Shown: one piece after another, positions 60,190 through 64,000 of the stretch | Layout: the number at the start of each line of letters is the position of its first letter | Position numbering within the stretch: position 1 is the first letter of the stretch | NCBI GenBank assembly: GCA_003599635.1 | Contig: QZIX01000002.1 | Location: 18,224 to 82,223 of the forward strand | Origin: Candidatus Parcubacteria bacterium | Lineage (GTDB): Bacteria; Patescibacteriota; Patescibacteriia; Buchananbacterales; SURF-54 | DNA: 64,000 bases | Direction of reading: 5' to 3' | Program-made: the position numbers and the translations under genes | The notes under the pieces: generated by a model | Told to the model about the DNA's origin: nothing | Databases searched by the model: none | What the model saw: only the letters and a program-made list of their open reading frames with translations

Positions 60190-61956
60190 TCAATCAAATC
60201 TGATAACCTGACCGGGGTCAAGTTTTTTTATTATTTTGGGTTTGCTCTGTTCAGGTTCGATTTTGTTGCTATCGCTGTTTTGGTCCTGATTTGAACTATT
60301 TGTTCCGTAAGTCTGATTTTTTGGCTGTTTTTCATTATTGTCCTTTCGGGTGGTTTTAAAAGGCATCGGCTCTTTTGCCATGGCTTCCTTCAGGGTTAAG
60401 GAATTTTCCGCGCCACTTTCATCATCGGGTTTAACTATTTCTCCTGATCTGATTTTACGAAAACATTCAACGCAATAGACCGGCCTTATACCGTCAGGAA
60501 CAAAATTTACAGTAGTCGTTTTGCCGCACTCATAGCATTTGACGGTATACGATTTTTCATCATTTTTCCTCTTTCTTGGCGGTTTTTTTTTGTCGGCATC
60601 TTCGCTTGTTTTGGCATCCTCCGCTTTCCCTGTTTTTATCTTTACCGCTGATTCATCTGACATGCCGCTCCAACGGGCAATTTTATCTTCAATTTCCTGC
60701 TTGGGACGGGAATAACGTTCACGGGACACGGCGATTACCTTCTGGCTGTTATCTTTCTGGCTGAATTCAAATTTCAACGGCGGTAAGGTCGTGGCTGAAA
60801 AGGGGTTGGAAGAAACACCGTCTATCATCAGTTTCATGTAAGTATTATGCTTTGTAAGATTGACCAAATCTTCTTCCTTAAAATAAGGGGTAAATTCCTG
60901 AACCAAAAATTCAGCGTCAGCCGCCCCGACCCGGAAAAGCATGATCGTACCGACGTTTCCGAAAACCGAGGCCCTGACTTTTTCATCTAGCTGTTCAATA
61001 TACTGATGGGCAATGATAATATTAAGACGATATTTTCTTGCTTCCGACAGTATATTAGCGAAACTTTCGGTGGCAAAATTTTGAAATTCGTCAACATATA
61101 AATAAAAATCCTGTCTTTGTTCTTCCGCTATATCTACACGACTCATGGCAGCCAGCTGTAATTTGGTGATCATCATGGCGCCCAGCAGCGCCGAAGCGTC
61201 TTCGCCGATTCTTCCTTTGGCCAGATTCATTATCAGTATTTTTTTATGATCCATTATGTCCCTTAAATCAATTGTCGATTTTACCTGGCCGACGATGTTT
61301 CTAATCATGGCTATGGATAAAAACTGACCGACTTTGTTTTGAATAGGTGAAATAGCTTCAACCTGAAATTGATTGGAATATTTGGGAAATTCTTCCGACC
61401 AAAATGCCTTAACAACAGGATCCTTGATTTTCGACACCACTTTGTACCGGTAATTTTTATCAACCAAAAGACGGGTAACACCAAGCAGCGTGCTGCCGGG
61501 ATAATCCAAAAGAGCTAAAATGCTATTTCTTAAAAGATATTCAAGCCTCGGCCCCCAAGAGTCAGCCCAGAGTTTGTGAAATACCGCAATCAGGCCTGAG
61601 GCAATAAGATGTTTATGTTCAGCTGACACCGACTCCATAACGTTAAACGCTATGGAATAATCAGGGTCAGCAGGATTAAAATAAATAACGTCATTTATTC
61701 GGTATGAAGGAATATACTGAATGATTGTTTCAGCCAGATCACCGTGCGGATCTACGACCGCTACGCCTTCACCGTTTCTAATGTCCTGAATAATCATATT
61801 TTCTAAAACCGTCGATTTACCCATACCGGTCTTGCCAATCAGATACATATGCCGGCGACGGTCATCCTTTTTAATTCCAAACCTTCTGCGCTGGTTGCGA
61901 AAATTCGTTTCGGCAAGTATGGTTATTGGTTGTTTGTCGTTGTCTTTTGTTTCCAT
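60190..61956 (-). CDS. VirD4/TraD/TraG-like (type IV coupling-protein-type) ATPase with a C-terminal CxxC-x17-CxxC zinc ribbon
   Basis: Walker A GKTGMGKST, Walker B LYVDEFQNF and IIAHQYIEQL. No TM segment. Tail carries CYEC-17 aa-CVEC. Confidence 0.7.
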   Translation of the reverse strand: METKDNDKQPITILAETNFRNQRRRFGIKKDDRRRHMYLIGKTGMGKSTVLENMIIQDIRNGEGVAVVDPHGDLAETIIQYIPSYRINDVIYFNPADPDYSIAFNVMESVSAEHKHLIASGLIAVFHKLWADSWGPRLEYLLRNSILALLDYPGSTLLGVTRLLVDKNYRYKVVSKIKDPVVKAFWSEEFPKYSNQFQVEAISPIQNKVGQFLSIAMIRNIVGQVKSTIDLRDIMDHKKILIMNLAKGRIGEDASALLGAMMITKLQLAAMSRVDIAEEQRQDFYLYVDEFQNFATESFANILSEARKYRLNIIIAHQYIEQLDEKVRASVFGNVGTIMLFRVGAADAEFLVQEFTPYFKEEDLVNLTKHNTYMKLMIDGVSSNPFSATTLPPLKFEFSQKDNSQKVIAVSRERYSRPKQEIEDKIARWSGMSDESAVKIKTGKAEDAKTSEDADKKKPPRKRKNDEKSYTVKCYECGKTTTVNFVPDGIRPVYCVECFRKIRSGEIVKPDDESGAENSLTLKEAMAKEPMPFKTTRKDNNEKQPKNQTYGTNSSNQDQNSDSNKIEPEQSKPKIIKKLDPGQVIRFD

Positions 61957-61957
61957 G

Positions 61958-63328
61958 TTATTCCATTGGTAAATTGGTCGGCGCTATATCCTTAGTCTCG
62001 GTTTGCTGTCTGAAATTTGATGGCGGAATGCCCTCTTCAATCGGCAAGCTTAAAGGAGGTTCGGATTTTTTGCTTTCCGTGCGCTTGATTAACGGCGCTT
62101 TGACTGACATAGCCGGAAAATGGTAGACAGATGCCATTTCTTCCGTATTTAAAATAAAACCGTAATCTCCGGGCGACATATACTGCGCCCTTTCTTTATA
62201 GATTCTTAGCATCCGCGTTTTCCTCCAATTAACTCTTCTGGTGGCCATAAAATGAAGGGCGCCTGTCCAATATCTAGTGTCCGGCTTAAAAGCATTGCAA
62301 TCAAGGGTATTAAACTGTTTTAAAGCGCCGTAAAGAACTTTTGAGCCTTTGTTTTTATCGTAAACTTCTTTTTTGGCGATATAAACCAGACGTATTCTGA
62401 CGTGAAAACCGAGTTTGCTGATTTTTTTCTCTATCGCGTTCACCGTGTCTTTTTCCCCCTGCGTCATGTATAAAACTTTATTGGGAGGCGCCCCTTCCTT
62501 CTCTTTGGATGCCTGAGAAAGCGACGTGCTCATAAAATCAATAAGTGCAAAAGGGGCCTTGTAAATCAAATCAAAAATATTATCTTTTTCCTTGATTTCA
62601 GCGCCGATTAATTTCTGTATTAAAGGCGTTGCTCCTTTGCCCCAGTCATTGTCAGCGGGTGTTGATAAAAATTGAACCCAAAACTGTTCGCCCGGGCCGA
62701 TTTTTCCCAGCCCCTCCAGAAGCCCGGCCATGGGCTCTTTGGCCTTTTCTTCCGATATCGGATCTTCGAAAGCAGGATGCGTCTTTATGGGATAATATTG
62801 TTTTTTGGCTAATTTAATTTCCGTACCCCATAAGTCATATTCAGGATGAGGAAAAGTCATTTTCCAGTCCTGGCTGTAATCTTCTACTTCGACAATTTCC
62901 GCATCAGGGTACTGGGCGTAAATGGCCGCCTCAATCAGATCGCGGTATTTTACCTCCATATGGATAAGGAATTGGATATATCCTTCCAAACTGATAATTT
63001 CAAAACTGAAACTGTCCGGTATTCCGCCGTTCCACCATTTATCAATGAAATCAAAAGTCGCATGGGCGCCGCATAAATGTTGGAAAATATTTTCCACCCC
63101 GCGCGGCGTCTGCATATTTTCTTTAGGGACATCAATTGCCAAAAGCGTATATTTTCTTTTGTTCCGGTACAAATTGCGGATATAAGCCAGCCAGAGTTCT
63201 CTTAACGCAAAAATTAAAAACAATAAAAAAAGAGCCCAGCCGCCGTGCCGGAAAATAAGCCAAATCATCAGGAAAGGATTCCCGCCGGCTTCCTGGGCAA
63301 TTGAGTTTATACCTATTAAAAAACCCAT
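61958..63328 (-). CDS. hypothetical membrane-anchored protein coupled to the VirD4-like ATPase
   Basis: 456 aa with two N-terminal TM segments followed by a large soluble domain. Its stop is 1 nt from the ATPase ATG. Confidence 0.55.
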   Translation of the reverse strand: MGFLIGINSIAQEAGGNPFLMIWLIFRHGGWALFLLFLIFALRELWLAYIRNLYRNKRKYTLLAIDVPKENMQTPRGVENIFQHLCGAHATFDFIDKWWNGGIPDSFSFEIISLEGYIQFLIHMEVKYRDLIEAAIYAQYPDAEIVEVEDYSQDWKMTFPHPEYDLWGTEIKLAKKQYYPIKTHPAFEDPISEEKAKEPMAGLLEGLGKIGPGEQFWVQFLSTPADNDWGKGATPLIQKLIGAEIKEKDNIFDLIYKAPFALIDFMSTSLSQASKEKEGAPPNKVLYMTQGEKDTVNAIEKKISKLGFHVRIRLVYIAKKEVYDKNKGSKVLYGALKQFNTLDCNAFKPDTRYWTGALHFMATRRVNWRKTRMLRIYKERAQYMSPGDYGFILNTEEMASVYHFPAMSVKAPLIKRTESKKSEPPLSLPIEEGIPPSNFRQQTETKDIAPTNLPME

Positions 63329-63361
63329 AGAATTTTTATTTTTGTTTTGAGTTGTTAAAAA

Positions 63362-64000
63362 TTATTTACTGGCTAATGTATAGCAGCTGTCTTCGGTTTT
63401 TTTGAATTTCTCCCTGTCTGTTAAGGCCAGATTAATCGTGCTCTTTTTCACCTGTCTGGATTTAAGCACGTTATTTGTTATTTCTTCTTTGCTTAAAGGT
63501 TTTTCTGAATTTTTTAAAATATCAATTATGACATCAGCGACTGTACCCGGCTTGTAACCCCATTCCGCCAAAGCATAAATGCCCCTGCCGATAAGAACAA
63601 ATTTATCATTTAAAATCAGTTCATTATGAATAGTTGCCGGGTGCGCAACCTTACTGTCGAATTTGGCCTGGTTAATCAGATTGGCAATCTCTTTAAAATG
63701 CAGGGGTTTTTTTTCCCTTCTTAATATCATATAAACTTTATCGCTCATTCTTTTTGGTTTGACCGTATTCCATTTTTTCAGTCCCCATTCGTCCATGATG
63801 TTTTTATCAATTTTTTTACTTGCCCTCAGATATGCTTCTACTATCCGCGACAATTTTTCATCGTTTAAATCGTTGTAATTGCAGTAATAGGCGTTTTTTT
63901 CCTTATGGTAGTCATGCCCCTTTAACAGTTTCAGAATTTTTGACAGGTCAAGAAGGCTATTCTCTTTTCTGATTATATCATGGATGGTATCTTCAAGTTC
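63362..64000 (-). CDS. HARE-HTH domain protein (5' end outside the window)
   Basis: Two HARE-HTH-like units (KVYMILRREKKPLHFKEIANLI...GRGIYALAEWGY and VADVIIDILKNSEKPLSKEEI...). The frame is open to position 64000; the track's TTG start at 63853 is internal. Confidence 0.6.
   Translation of the reverse strand, partial: ELEDTIHDIIRKENSLLDLSKILKLLKGHDYHKEKNAYYCNYNDLNDEKLSRIVEAYLRASKKIDKNIMDEWGLKKWNTVKPKRMSDKVYMILRREKKPLHFKEIANLINQAKFDSKVAHPATIHNELILNDKFVLIGRGIYALAEWGYKPGTVADVIIDILKNSEKPLSKEEITNNVLKSRQVKKSTINLALTDREKFKKTEDSCYTLASK

Noticed and set aside
1-64000. Alternative genetic code (UGA as a sense codon, as in Gracilibacteria/Absconditabacteria)
   Set aside because: TGA clearly terminates well-defined genes: the HD-domain gene at 5477-5479, the GIY-YIG gene at 26026-26028 and ORF 15434..16159. 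No conserved protein shows in-frame TGA codons.
1-64000. CRISPR arrays, tRNA or rRNA genes
   Set aside because: I saw no regularly spaced direct repeats with unique spacers. The only T-loop-like strings (GGTTCGGAATGACA at about 22237 and 25534) belong to the hairpin repeat family and lack acceptor and anticodon arms. Intergenic regions are too short for rRNA.

Overview
AT-rich bacterial window that reads like a reduced-genome Candidate Phyla Radiation (Patescibacteria/Parcubacteria-like) organism; that placement is inference. TGA is used as a stop, so the code is standard. Most genes lack a Shine-Dalgarno (SD) sequence, and several core proteins are minimised: RpoA has no alpha-CTD, AlaRS has no C-Ala domain, and PriA has degenerate ATPase motifs. 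Core content: mreC-mreD-mrdA, greA, lysS, serS, ddl, an ftsQ-like gene, one Xer-type recombinase, a lexA/dinB SOS module, Rrf2+hemerythrin, ArsR+SdpI, gltX, priA-def-fmt, a surface-glycan locus (about 38-46 kb), pckA, citrate synthase, the infA-rpmJ-rpsM-rpsK-rpsD-rpoA-rplQ-rplM-rpsI block, alaS, mnmA, and clpB behind a perfect CIRCE operator. No rRNA, tRNA or CRISPR array was seen. The stretch from about 20 to 29.4 kb is accessory and holds the most unusual structure. (1) A family of short TGTCAT...ATGACA hairpin/terminal-inverted-repeat modules. One copy brackets a GIY-YIG nuclease gene exactly, and a gene-less MITE-like copy lies 4.6 kb away. (2) A cassette-like array in which the 5' head of a membrane-protein gene occurs three times, twice as stubs in front of secreted/lipoprotein genes. 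(3) A two-gene operon pairing a TM protein with a HEPN-like (Rx4H) protein. (4) Eukaryote-like SET-domain and LRR proteins. Elsewhere: five perfect DnaA-box 9-mers, four of them just upstream of promoter -35 elements; a dif-like site next to the Xer gene; a TM-less VirD4/TraD-like ATPase with a CxxC-x17-CxxC zinc ribbon, coupled to a membrane protein and a HARE-HTH protein; and several 5'-proximal frame breaks. All calls come from reading the sequence and the ORF track. No database search was run.
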